From Oopsacas minuta (Eukaryota; Animalia; Porifera), in NCBI GenBank assembly GCA_024704765.1, contig JAKMXF010000356.1, positions 94,076 to 158,075 on the forward strand: a DNA stretch of 64,000 bases, read 5' to 3'. Made by a program: the position numbers and the translations under genes. Positions 11,109 through 23,022 of this stretch are shown in pieces. Under the pieces are notes generated by a model. It was given only the letters and a program-made list of their open reading frames with translations, did no database searches and was not told where the DNA came from. Positions within the stretch are counted from its first letter, which is position 1; every line of letters starts with the position of its first letter.

Positions 11109-11284
11109 ACAATCAGTGTTTGTTTGTTTAAGAGGAATATTTGGTGATTTCTACTTGAGAGTGTAGAGGGGAGTAGGCTAGTGTTTGTTTGTTTGATAAG
11201 TAAATTTTGTAGCTTAAAATAGGTGTCAAAGGGTGTTAAGGGATCAGAGCACCAGAGGTCAAGAGGAACATTAACCGATACATG
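10281..11284 (+). repeat. Segmental duplication, copy 1 (partner 14468-15513), covering CDS and about 180-230 bp of 3' flank
   Basis: Near-identical sequence from GAGGAATTAGAGAAACAG through GAGGAACATTAACCGATACATGA. Confidence 0.95.
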
Positions 11285-11511
11285 ATATATACAGAATGCT
11301 GGTTCTAGGATCATATTTCATATTTGAATTATAGAGTTCAATATCAGCTGTAATAATACTTACAAATTGTATGTACACAAATATGTTAGACATTGAAAGT
11401 GTCAGAATCAAATTATACGTCCCTGTTAACACCTAATCAGCTGGTGGAAGCTATTCTGAAATTTGGCCACAAGTTGTGAAAATATGATTAATCATGTAAT
11501 GATCACATATG

Positions 11512-11881
11512 CACAGTGGCACGAAATGGTCAGAATGTGGAAATAGGTATTTTGATGGCACATAGGTCCTCAAAACGTATTATTGTCATATAGGTTTTCG
11601 ACCCCAACGAATCGAATGGTATACTATAAATAGCAGTTATTTGACGTGGAGAATCCATATTATTCAAAATTACATCATGACCACAAATTGGAACCATAAA
11701 TCAATCTTTCGAATTCAATTATGCTCTCATTGGAATAGACGTGAGAGCCAAATGAAAAGTCTCTTGTAGAGATGTTAAATGTTTTCCGAGGTTTGTGGGG
11801 GTGCTGAATTCAAATATCAACATTATAAAGCTATTTGAGGTTATAATTTTTTCACCTATTTCCACATGCCGTGCCACTGTG
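11512..11881. mobile_element. Transib-like non-autonomous element (370 bp) with CACAGTG termini and 5-bp TSD
   Basis: ATATG|CACAGTGGCACG...CGTGCCACTGTG|ATATG. A second TIR block, ATGTGGAAATAGGT, is present at both ends. Confidence 0.8.
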
Positions 11882-12455
11882 ATATGAAACCTAGAAAGGA
11901 AGTTTATTCATTAAAATTGGAAATAATCACTTCAGTAAGCATGCTATAGTAGCAAGCATACAAGTATAAATATTCACAATCATAACAATTATAATAAATA
12001 TACATAAAACACCTGTAATGATCCATATGATGTACTCCTGAGGATGGGAGCAGGGGACGAGGAGTTAGAATTTCATTATTTTGTGATGGGATAGCTGGAA
12101 AATTGGTTCATTAGATATACTAACTATAATCACAGCTATTCCTGATAGTTTCCATCAATGAATATATTTTTGTTATTGTTTGTGAGGATAAATGATTTAA
12201 ACTTTTGCTAGTAAGGTGTTTGCATTTTAGGCTCATATCCTCAAATTCCAATCCTTCACACAGATACAATAACTATTGCATATGAAGATGAGAATAACAA
12301 TTGACATTAGTATTTGTAGTAATAGTCAATAACTGCATGTTTGTAGTATATCTACTGATTTATTAAATTTGCATATATCTACCATTCCCTCTCACTGTTA
12401 ACAAACTCTAGCTACATATTCATACCTCAAATCAATCGTAGACAGAGTAGAGAAG

Positions 12456-13214
12456 ATGGCTTCCAAAGTTGACAAAGATCTACAAATACTAACACCTCAA
12501 GAAGGACTAGCTAACAAAGAGGAAGAAGTTAAATCTAAAGAAGAGACTACACAACCCCTTACTGAGGGGGTTAGACTCAAGGAATGCTCTCTGAATTCAG
12601 ACACGAATTATGTACGCGAGGCATTAACTAGATTTCTACCTAATCATACCGTAGATACCTTCGAGTTGCCAGAAGCAAATTCCTTAGGAGATCCAGTTGT
12701 TATGCAGGTGTTAAGAATAGGTACCGTAAGAATAACTCCAGATCCTTTCGGGGTATATCTAGCATACGGGACACCACAGACTAGATATACACTATACAGA
12801 GCAACCAATAATGCCAATCCTTTCGAGAAGAAATACCTGTACCAGTGGGAAACTCGTAGGAGGACGTTAGTAACATCTCCTTTCCACGAACCAATTCCTA
12901 CTCAGGGTTCTAGAGTTCCATGTGCTACAAGTGATATAACAGATGCCCTGATGGATAAGCACCCTATTGAGGCTATTGTGAAGGTGTTAGGGACAATAAA
13001 GTCCAATAGAATGGCAATCAATAACGGTTTGGATGGTCCAGATTTTTCCTGGAGGCAAAGTGGTCCTGACTTCAATTTCACGGTGTCTGTACCTGATTAT
13101 AAATCATTATGGGAAGATATAAATGAAAGCAGACTAGGTGCACAGCCTAAGCCAGGGATAAGACTAACAGGATATGAAAATAACAAGCTGAGGTTAAAAC
13201 TAGTAGATGTATGA
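12456..13214 (+). CDS. Unrecognised intronless protein, family member 2 (divergent paralog)
   Basis: Shares A..RFL, YTLY, TSP, VPCA..DIT..L, PI.AI...L and DFSW..G.NF motifs, in order, with members 1 and 3. Confidence 0.8.
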   Translation: MASKVDKDLQILTPQEGLANKEEEVKSKEETTQPLTEGVRLKECSLNSDTNYVREALTRFLPNHTVDTFELPEANSLGDPVVMQVLRIGTVRITPDPFGVYLAYGTPQTRYTLYRATNNANPFEKKYLYQWETRRRTLVTSPFHEPIPTQGSRVPCATSDITDALMDKHPIEAIVKVLGTIKSNRMAINNGLDGPDFSWRQSGPDFNFTVSVPDYKSLWEDINESRLGAQPKPGIRLTGYENNKLRLKLVDV

Positions 13215-14332
13215 TCTATTTTTAGTAACACTCTAACTGAGATATAATTATTGGATGTACTAACTCTACTGTAATTAATCATAATATAAATTGTCTTAGA
13301 TATTAGCTGCCGCCGTGTAATTATAAGTGAGGCCTCAATAAGGAGGGAATTGGGGATTCTACATACCTCATGCTAGGAGGATTTCTATGTAGAATATTCT
13401 AGAATAATCCATAAAGCTTGGGGTCAGCTGTCCTAAGATATTCTGTGATATTCAAGCATATACATGGTAATAGCAATTTCCTTATAAAGGAAACATATAA
13501 GCTTTGCTAATACAAGAATTCCACAGAATTCCATCTAGTTATCTGAGGAATTGTGGTTATACAGAATGTGCAACGGGACAAATATCATCCACTAAATGGT
13601 CAGCCATAATATTATAAGCAGCAATGTAACTTGGAATTTGAAAGTATTCCTCTAACAGCGTTATAGACCTTAGACATGGAAAGTTAAGATATTAAACTAA
13701 CTTGTGTGAAATAATATAAGTAATCAAGTGAGAGACAAGTAGACATTAGGGGTCTTAGAGTAATCGTAGAGGTGTTGTACCTCTCAAACACAAACGGATG
13801 AGGGGGGAATAAATACAATAGACTGAACTTAATAAGGTCACATAGGGAACAGTCCGGAATAAGTGTTGATCCAAGCCTTAGCTGTCTAAATATTACTGTG
13901 CAGATGACGTGTAACTAATCAGGAAGCCGTGACAAGTATCTAGGAAGCTATCCATGTCTACCCCTTACATTAGGATAAAACAGTCATGAATTCGAACAAA
14001 TAATATTTTCCTTTGAGAGTTAGAATCACGGTTGTCGATTGTACATCACCCCTGGCGGAGAAACAGGAAAAAACAAATTGATAAAGATCCCCTGTAAGAA
14101 GGTAGAGGCTAATACTAACATCAACGGTTAGATTATATTATTTTCAATAATTACATTTACCATTTTAGGTGGTCTGAAATATGGAAATATTTTCTTTACA
14201 GCTAACCTGTATTATGTAATAATTGAGTAATATTAGAGACACGTCAGCAAATATTTAGTATTCAGCAAAACATAGCTGCTCCCTTATGTATATAATACAA
14301 AACAGGATTAAAACAAATAACAACAAGTAAAT

Positions 14333-15286
14333 ATGGGTAACGGTAATAGTCACGTCAAGTCAAAGAAACAAGGAAATCTATCTGACAATATCGAAGGACA
14401 AAACCACCTTACAAGAGCAGAAATGGAGCATGTAGGCAGTGGACTTGAAAGAGTAGTTAAGATAGAGGAGGAATTAGAGAAACAGATTATAGAAAATGCG
14501 TTCCTAAAAGGTGTTCAATTGGATAAAGAGTCGCAGAAATACTTAGCGGATAAGCTTAAAGAATATTACAGTACACCGCTACATCCCTTATACGGCTCCC
14601 AGCAAATTACAGCATTTGCTGTTGGAGCATTGACTGCACAATTCGGATTAAATATCGACCAAGACCTGTTGGCTGACTTATTGACTGATGTAGGGACCAC
14701 TGTAATACAACTGGCTATTAGAATGTTCTTACAACCTCAACAATATGCAGTGTTTCCAATTACATTAGGGCAACTGATAAACCAAAACCAAAACCAAAAT
14801 CTGCTGAGTCCTGACCTCACCATGAAGCATATGGTCTCACAGAGCACTAGACCTCTGGAATACACCCTGTACATATGTGCTAGTAGGATTACTACAGGCG
14901 TTAAATTACTATACCACTGTAGGGTTGTTGGGGAGGATTACATAACTAGTCCTTATTTCGTGGAAGATAAGAATGTGGGTGAAATAGTACCCTGTGCTGA
15001 TCCAATAAACATAACTGAACACCTAAGAAGACCTAATCCTATACCTGCAATTAGGAGGGCGCTTAGGAGTTTAGAATCAAGCAATTCAGGAATGGATAAT
15101 GGGTTCTATTTTGATGACTTTTCTTGGAAGAGAGTCGGTTCTGTGGGAAACTTTTCGCTCCAGAGTCCCAGACGAAGTTCAAGCAGTTCTCAGTTCCTTT
15201 ATTGGATGGGTGAAGCTAGAAACCCTGAGGTGTCCTTTACCGAGAATAGATCTAGAGAGCTTCAGTTAGGAATAACAGAATCATAA
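14333..15286 (+). CDS. Unrecognised intronless protein, family member 3, with MGNGNS myristoylation-type N-terminus
   Basis: 317-aa ORF; recent duplicate of 9948-11108 with a different N-terminus. Confidence 0.8.
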   Translation: MGNGNSHVKSKKQGNLSDNIEGQNHLTRAEMEHVGSGLERVVKIEEELEKQIIENAFLKGVQLDKESQKYLADKLKEYYSTPLHPLYGSQQITAFAVGALTAQFGLNIDQDLLADLLTDVGTTVIQLAIRMFLQPQQYAVFPITLGQLINQNQNQNLLSPDLTMKHMVSQSTRPLEYTLYICASRITTGVKLLYHCRVVGEDYITSPYFVEDKNVGEIVPCADPINITEHLRRPNPIPAIRRALRSLESSNSGMDNGFYFDDFSWKRVGSVGNFSLQSPRRSSSSSQFLYWMGEARNPEVSFTENRSRELQLGITES

Positions 15287-15511
15287 ACAATCAGTGTTTG
15301 TTTGTTTGTTTGTTTGTTGCATTTTCATAGAGACTACTAGTTATATTTGTTTGCGTATTTTAGAGGAATATTTGGTGATTACTTAGAGTGTAGAGGAGAG
15401 TAGGCTAGTGTTTGTTTGTTGTATAAGTAAATCTTGGTAGCTTAAAATGGGAGTCAAAGGGTGTTAAGGGATCAGAGCACCAGAGGTCAAGAGGAACATT
15501 AACCGATACAT

Positions 15512-15679
15512 GAGTGGCAAATAGACGGCGAAGAAACAAGCTTCAGCATTCGAGTACCTGATGGTAACTTGTGGTGGCAGGATACAGATGATGAGAGGCT
15601 AGGGACAAGACCCAAACCTGAGGTCATACAGACATGTAATAGAAGCCAGAAGATGTTAATAAAATTGAATGTAACCTGA
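15512..15679 (+). pseudogene. 3' remnant of a fourth member of the same family
   Basis: Translates EWQIDGEETSFSIRVPDGNLWWQDTDDERLGTRPKPEVIQTCNRSQKMLIKLNVT*, aligning with the C-terminus of 12456-13214 (SWRQSGPDFNFTVSVPDYKSLWEDINESRLGAQPKPG..KLRLKLVDV*). Stop codon just upstream in this frame. Confidence 0.7.
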
Positions 15680-16086
15680 TCTATTAATAGCATCATTCGA
15701 CACGGATTAGCCGTGTCTGTATAATTGTGTATCATACTATTGTTACTTGTAAATATAATGGGACATGAAGAGGTCATCTCAAACTCCAAGGGGCAGGGAG
15801 TTTACGTAACTAAGGATACTGGAATGTTTGATACATTAAATATTGGCAAATATACAAATGGAATAAAGGCACAAACGTATGATCAAACCTCCCACCGAAC
15901 TGAGGACGTTTATATGACCAGAAGGGTATCTAGGGAGCATGCAGACCCCCTTAGCCTGTAAGCTGATATTAAATTAGTTACATACCGTAACCATAGAAAC
16001 AATAAAGGAATGTACAAATATATAATGGGGGGAAATATTCAATTCAAATCTTTTCAATTGTCAGTTAGAAGCAAAAAATTATGAAA

Positions 16087-17469
16087 CTATAAATATAACT
16101 TCTGGTGTCTCACAATGAAGCTAGAAGCCTCGTCAGCTGAGGAGGTCTTAGTAGGATCACTTATTGAACCATCTGGTAAGCTCCCTGTAATAATATATGA
16201 TATAAAAGGTGTTAAAATAATCATATAACGGAGATAGAACCTGTGGGTAGAAGAGAACTAACCAATGAATACTCCAGGTTTCTCTATACTCTCAAATGCC
16301 ATAAAGTTAGGCGGGACTATATGGGCTCGGAATTGGCTACAAGTGTCCAAGGGTCCGCTTGCACCCATCAGTATTCCCTCCTGTATAGCTAGATGGACAG
16401 CTGGATTCTGTTTCATAGAAAACGAATATAATTGCTCTGTAGGTGATTGAGTGACGTAGACAAGGAACTCTGAAGAGGGTTCAGCTAGTCCCAATGTGTC
16501 GATAATATTATCAGCCCTTATATGGAGACATTTCTTACTGAGCTTGCTCTCTAGCAACACAACGTTACCTATGGAATGAAGGATTGTTAACACTGTTAAT
16601 TATCAGATTAGATAGTTAGGTACCATTCTGTAATGCTTCAAATTGGTTCCCGGAGGTGACAACCTCATTAACACCTTTTTGCAGAGAGCTACTGACCTCC
16701 TTCAGGGCTGTATCAGCTGTATTGGTCTGCATGGGTTTGAAATGTGCAGCTAAATGTTCCTATAGAATATATGGTTTGTTAGGTGTCAAGTGGTGTAACT
16801 GAAAAAAAAAAATATCTGAGCGAAATATTAATAGACCACTGATAGAAAGTGATAAATGTGTCGACCTATCAGATTCTAACTGTTACGCATTGATAATCAA
16901 TTGTACAAGTATTGATATATGATTAATCTTAACACCTATCTGTACCTTGAGTGTCTGTGCGGGGTTAGTAATTGCTCCTGTATTCAGTGTTCCTATATTG
17001 TGTCCTGGGTTAGAGATTGATTCTAGAATGATATATTTATCTGTTGTTATAGAGGCACTGAACTCACAATCTGGACCTCCTGTACCTCTACATGTCAACA
17101 AGCCCCCTGTAGAGTACAAAAAGTAAACAACACAAACAAACAAATAAACAAACACACAAACAAACCAGCAAGAGATATAAACTGAGTATTATAGCCACAA
17201 TTCCTAATAGTAAATCTATTAGGAGCAATACTATTAACAAAAAAGTTCGAGTAAGCATCAAGTATCCCTAGAGAGTCCAAATTCCCATCCGGTAGACACC
17301 TGAGGTATTTCCCAGATGTCTTAGAGAGCAGGGCTACCCGCCTTCCGCTCTGGAACACCTCTAGGGGATTAGAGGGGGTGGTCATCTGTGAGAACTGAGC
17401 CTCTCCTGTTTTCAGAGCCTGGTCTAGCTCCTTTCCGATACTACTCAAATTAGTGTTAGCTTGTCCCAT
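16087..17469 (-). CDS. Protein with two tandem FGF-like beta-trefoil domains, no signal peptide (5 exons)
   Basis: Repeat 1: VALLSKTSGKYLRCLPDG...DCEF...YIILES..PG..IG..G...AAHFKP. Repeat 2: VLLESKLSKKCLHIRAD...C..F...FMAFES..PG..IG..PDG. Exons at about 17469-17173, 17107-16942, 16770-16623, 16570-16262 and 16188-16087. Confidence 0.7.
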
Positions 17470-17620
17470 TGATTAGCTAGATAGGTGTGAAATAGGACAC
17501 ATTAAATGCCAGCACTTCGGTAGATCAAGGTAACCAAGGAAGTGACAAATGGCAGTTATGTAACAGTTGTGATTGAGGATGTCTTCTACCCTTTGGGTTA
17601 CATAACAGGATATACATATA

Positions 17621-17756
17621 CATTCAACTCTTGTTACATCGAAGCTAAAGGGACCGCAATAATTATTTTGATATAGCCGACGAAACATATGCTACTTTGA
17701 CTGTGTCGGTACCATATGTGTACAATGTAACACCTCGATATATGCGAGTATTGCTA
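17621..17756. mobile_element. pogo/Tigger-like MITE, family A, inverted copy
   Basis: Reverse-complement similarity to 1807-1972. Confidence 0.45.
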
Positions 17757-17788
17757 GGTGTTTAATGCAGGTGAAAATACAGTAATAA

Positions 17789-20700
17789 TCATTTTGAATT
17801 CAAAGAATTATTTCGATCGTATTCCTGCTGGAATTTCTTATTCAGAGATTTTCTATGTGTTCGGTGTTTGTTCTTCCGTTTATGTACCTAAATATGAGAA
17901 CATATAAAGGTGTTAAAATTGCACATACAAGAAATGGGGCAATGCTAGAGGGGGCAAACAGGGCATTTGAAGGGGTCTAAAATCCTTGTCCTGGAATGCC
18001 AGATCCTGGGACTGCCCTGGCTCTTGGAAGAGGAGGGTATACTGTCCCTAGTTACCATTATACCGTATTGGCATTTATTGATGATTAAGGTGTTAGAATA
18101 ACTAACCTTTCCTCTGTCTAGTTCTAAGTCATATTCATAATCAGAATGTTCCTTTTTGTCTTCACAGGTCATAAACTGAAGGACAGATGGTTCTGTATTC
18201 CAGGACTTTACTAGAGTACATAGATGTAAATAACAACAAACAAACAAACAAACAATCAAACAAATAATAAACAAATACTTACATTTCCCGCCCAATAGTT
18301 TAAAGGAGGAATTCTGTAAATCCTCAACAGTTTCAGCGCTACTTTTGTGAGTATAATTTGTGCTATTTTTAGAAATAGAATGTGTCTCTATTGGTGTGGT
18401 ATTATTATTCTTGTTTGTGTTGTGTTCTGGACTCTTTGGTAAGTCAAACACACCCAAGGAATTGCTATCACCCTCACTTTCTATAAAGATTAACAATGAA
18501 TAAATATCTGTTTGTTTGTTTGTTTGTTTTGTGAAGTCCAATCCCCTGACCTATGAGACCACTTAACACCTCTTAATTTGTATATAAACATACCAAATAG
18601 AATTTTCCTTCTTTTCTTAATGTTTTTGGGTTTTTTGTTCTTCTTAGAATTCTTATACTCTCTTAACTGATCGTATAAATCCTCTCTAGATGTGAATATA
18701 CCTCTCTTCAGAGCTTTAGTTATATATTTCTCCATTTCGTCACCTACAGACCGGCTCAATTTCTTCAAAAATCTATTTTTATGTCTTCGAGGGCTCTTGG
18801 GGTTGTCCATCTCCCTCTTCTTTGATGTCTTGGTCTTCTCCTTTATTACAGGGGTCTTAACTTCATTTTGTTCTATGTTCTTGGTCTTAGGAATGTTCCG
18901 TGAGTTGGGTGTGACTACACCAGTGGGTTTAACACCTCTTACACCAGTGATAGAGAAGCTCCTATTGAGCTGAGGGGTCTCATTTGGAGGAGACTTTTTA
19001 CTGGAATCCGCTTTATCATTCGGACTCTTTTCAAAAGTTAGTCTCAGAGGAGAGGCCTTTTGTTCCTGTGGACTGGTCTCTTGGTTTAGTTTCCTTCGTT
19101 TAATTGGTGTATCCTCATCAGCTGATTTACCACCTCTGGACGGTTTAACTTTCCTCGCTTCTCTCACTTTATCTGCCACTTCCTCTAACTCATTACTAGG
19201 TGACTGTCTCCGTTTCTTATAGAAATTGAGATTTCTAGGTAATTGGTTGCTAGGAGATCGGAATGTTTGACATTTGTGTACAGAAGTACTCGATATATCA
19301 CTAATAGGCTTGTCTGGCTGTTTAGGGTTTACAACAGCCAGTGGCTTAGTCGTAGTTTCTTTATAGCTATTTATAGCATCATTCTTTCGTGATGTATCCG
19401 TTGCTAGGTTAGAGTTCTCTTTATCATTGGTGGATTGTTTAAGCGCCATTTTATCCTGAATTAGATTGTTCAGGTCCTCAACTGGAGTTTTGGCATTAGT
19501 AGGCATTCCATTCTGGTTGCTATGGTGATTAAGTTCATTCTTATTTTTATTGGAATTCATTTCTACCAAAACTTGACTATACTTTGCATCAGATTTGAGA
19601 GATGAAAGAGAATCGAAAAATGAAGGATTTGAAATCAGAGTCTTCCCAGGTGATTCTTGAGGACGAGAGGGTGTGTGAGTCGCTGGTGACCCCTGGGTGC
19701 GAGATACCGTAGAGGTTGGGATCTTGTATTTTGATGGGAGGATGTTGGTTGCGGTTTGTCTGGGTTGAGTGTTTGTAGAAAGTGGACTAGGTTGATTAGT
19801 TGTAAGACCTATAGGATAATCCCTTAACACCTAATAAATGAATAATTTGGTTATTTCTAACCTTCTATAGCAAGAGTTGTAGCAGGTTTAGGCTTAGAAG
19901 GTGTTATCTAGGAATAGGAAATTTGAACAAACAAGCAAACAAACAAACAAACAAACAAACAAACAAGTAAACAAACAAACAAACAAACAAACAAGTAAAC
20001 AAACAACAATACCATCTTATAGAAGAGTATATAAGCATCAGAGTTCTGGACTATGGATTGTGATACAGGTGCTACATAGCTGTCATTCATCTTATGCCAT
20101 GCCCCATTAGGAGCTGTTACATAACAGTAATAGTGTCCGGAGGAACATGTGTACCCCTGATGTACCAATACAGCATAGAGCTTGTAGGTGACAGGTGGTC
20201 CCTATGATAGAGGTATAGTAACAGCTGTTGGAGGGTGACGACTATGTCAGCTATAAATGTCTCAGAAAAGTGTCGTATGGACTAACCTTCTCTGTCATAT
20301 ACTCTCTGACATCTAGATCAATAGGAAAACAAATCTTATTTTGTATTTTAATGCCCAGCTGACCACCAAATGAGAATTTCTTAAGATGTATAGTTAGTAC
20401 TCTTGGTGGACCATGGATAGAGAGTATCTTCTTAGCTGATACCTTCTTCTTACACCTGTTAATTAAATTATAATTTCTTTGAAGTAAACAGAATTACAGA
20501 AATGCTGCCTCATATATTTATTAGGTATTTAACTATGGATGGCGGAATCAGGTTATTTTATATATACAAATACACTCCAAACAAGTTAGGACAACATCCA
20601 AGCAGATAAACTACGTCCACCATCCATGGTTCATTAACTAATAAACATACAGAGGCTTTTCGTAACAACAAAAATAGCTTACTTATCACAATAATAAGAG

Positions 20701-21740
20701 TTATTACCATCTAATCTATCAGGTAGAGTATATTTCTTTAGAACTTCAGGCAAGGTGGCACACCCTTTGATATTCAGGGAGAGGTCAAGCATAGGTTCAT
20801 AGGTGTCTGATTTGGTATTGCAACTGAAACAAGTCACCTGACTTCTGACCTTCCCGCCAAATATCTGATGTATTACTGTTGTGCATTTTAGTTCCTGTGA
20901 TATCCTAGAATAATAAAATCAACACTTCATTTAAACCAATCAACTATTGTTACTCACTTGCTTGATACACTCCCTAGACAGCTGTTCTGCATAGCATCAA
21001 TAAGGTATCTAAGAAATTCATGAGAATCTTCCTGTCTCCCGATATGGAAGCTAGGAGCTATGCTCATTAGATGTTGTACTATAGATGTAGGCTTAATGCT
21101 GTAGTTAAAATGCTGCTGGGATTGCATGTAGTGCTCTTGGAATTTACACATAGCACAGAATCCCTTCACTTTACCTACAAAGTTTATTGAGGAATTGGAA
21201 AAAGAGGTATAGACTTGTAATAGGTGTGAAATTATGAATATATACATATTAAGAGTTCACTACCCTATATAGGCATATACCTGATTAGCATAAATAGAAC
21301 TTACAAATTAGCTTATGATCTTTCGAGTAGATATAGTTAGCTAGAGGAGGAGTATAGGTCAAGCACTGTAGGACTGAGTTCATGAAACAGGTGTTTCCTA
21401 TGTTGTAGAGACCTAATCCGATCCGTCTAGCTCCTGACCAATCCATTTTCAAGTTATCAGGGTTGTATATAGGCTGAATAGGCTTACTTATTACTGGAAC
21501 AGCTGATTGGCTACTGTCTGTACAGACACCTGTAGTTGAGTCTATCCGTATTAGTAGACCTGTCAGGAAGCAATTTGATAGGTTACACATAACTTGATAA
21601 AGTATAAATACCAGTGAAATAGGCTTAATTCTATTTTTAGAATAAGAACAACCTTCTTTTTCTAGAACCTTTAACTGTTCCTCTTTCTGTTCATAAATAG
21701 ATTTCTCAGCTGGCACAAATTTTATAGTCTCTTCCATCAT
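17789..21740 (-). CDS. USP36: Ubiquitin carboxyl-terminal hydrolase, USP36/USP42-like, multi-exon
   Basis: Cys box GLYNIGNTCFMNSVLQCLTYTPPLANY, RQEDSHEFLR, His box GHYYCYV...WHKMND, and C-terminal ELDRGK plus basic tail. Confidence 0.88.
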
Positions 21741-22566
21741 AGCTCTATATATATGCGTAATAATTAATTATATTTTCGTAAAATTATATCCGTGAGATTT
21801 GCTCAAATACGCGAGTCTCACTTTGGATCCGAGATACCATACATAGCTGTAGCACCCCGAATATTCATTTATTCGTACAATACTATGAGGTATAACAGTA
21901 TCTAGGGTAAACATGTATAACATAACTAACTTGATATTAGCTAGCTCTAAGAGGACAAGAGGATCATCTGTATCCTCATCTAGTCCTGGGACGAATAAAT
22001 CATCTCCAAATGTAACTACTTTATCACTGATTGTGTCTGTAATATGATTGGTGGATTCAGTAACTATACAGCTGTTATTCTCTGTAGGTAGATCTATGTT
22101 CATATGAATAGCTATATAGTCTGAATATAAATTATAGGGGAACAGGGGTACTGGGGTACAGCTGGAGGCCTATTAACACCTCTGATCAGCTGTTGGGTAC
22201 ATTTGATTAACTTAAGGAGTATTGTGATAATATTAATCATCAAAAAGGTGTGAAAGTGTTAACATTAGAAGCTTATACTACATAGCAACCAGTTATGATA
22301 TCCCTGCCTCTCTGTGGATATTCAAACTTCCTAATATATGTTATAATAAAATGATTCTTACACCCCGTATAGCAACATTTCCCTGATAACTACGTATAAC
22401 TGAGATCAGAATTATGTATTTTGTCTTATACCAAGGAATAATATCTGTAAATAACTGTTAAGAGATGTGTTCATATAACAGTATTTGTGAATATATTATG
22501 TAAACCATCAGAACAAACAATAATAACACATCTAGAAGAGCATTACAATATGAAAGAGATTGTATA

Positions 22567-22785
22567 CAATAGATACCGGTCTTATAGTAGTAATGTGTTC
22601 GTATTACAGATATGTGTGTAGAATCAGTATAAATAATACAGTATTATGAGAACAGTTTTCTATAATACGGCTCCTACATCCAAATGTGTCTAAAGGAAGT
22701 GTTCTCATAACCGGCATCCTCTATATCCTACATACCAGTTATGAGAACATTATATCCAATCCCGTCTCATAACCGGCATCCTCTG
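22567..22785. mobile_element. pogo/Tigger-like MITE, family B
   Basis: TA|CAATAGATACCGG...CCGGCATCCTCTG|TA, with internal direct repeat TCTCATAACCGGCATCCTCT x2. Related ends at about 46072-46175, 54400-54440 and 63755-63890. Confidence 0.5.
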
Positions 22786-23022
22786 TATTACTATTAAAAC
22801 ATTCCTTTGATATTCAATTGTAACCAAGGATCTTAAGCTGTTACAAGCTCAGTGTATACAAAGGGCAGCGGTTCCAAAAATGGGCTTGGGGTGCATAGGA
22901 CCTATGAGAGGGGTCTATATTGGCATAATGGGTCCACTTGTAAATAAGTTAGGGACAGATGCCATAAGGGCATAAATATAGGAGACGAAAACCCTCTAAG
23001 AAGAAATGATAATTAGATTATC

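Noticed and set aside
11512-11881. Full 12/23 RSS (heptamer-spacer-nonamer) structure in the Transib-like element
   Set aside because: The heptamer is exact, but no ACAAAAACC-like nonamer is found at 12 or 23 nt, so only heptamer similarity is claimed.
15725-15961. 78-aa + strand ORF after the family remnant
   Set aside because: No similarity to the family or any motif I recognise.
21768-22103. 111-aa ORF upstream of USP36
   Set aside because: No recognisable domain; cannot tell a 5' exon from noise.
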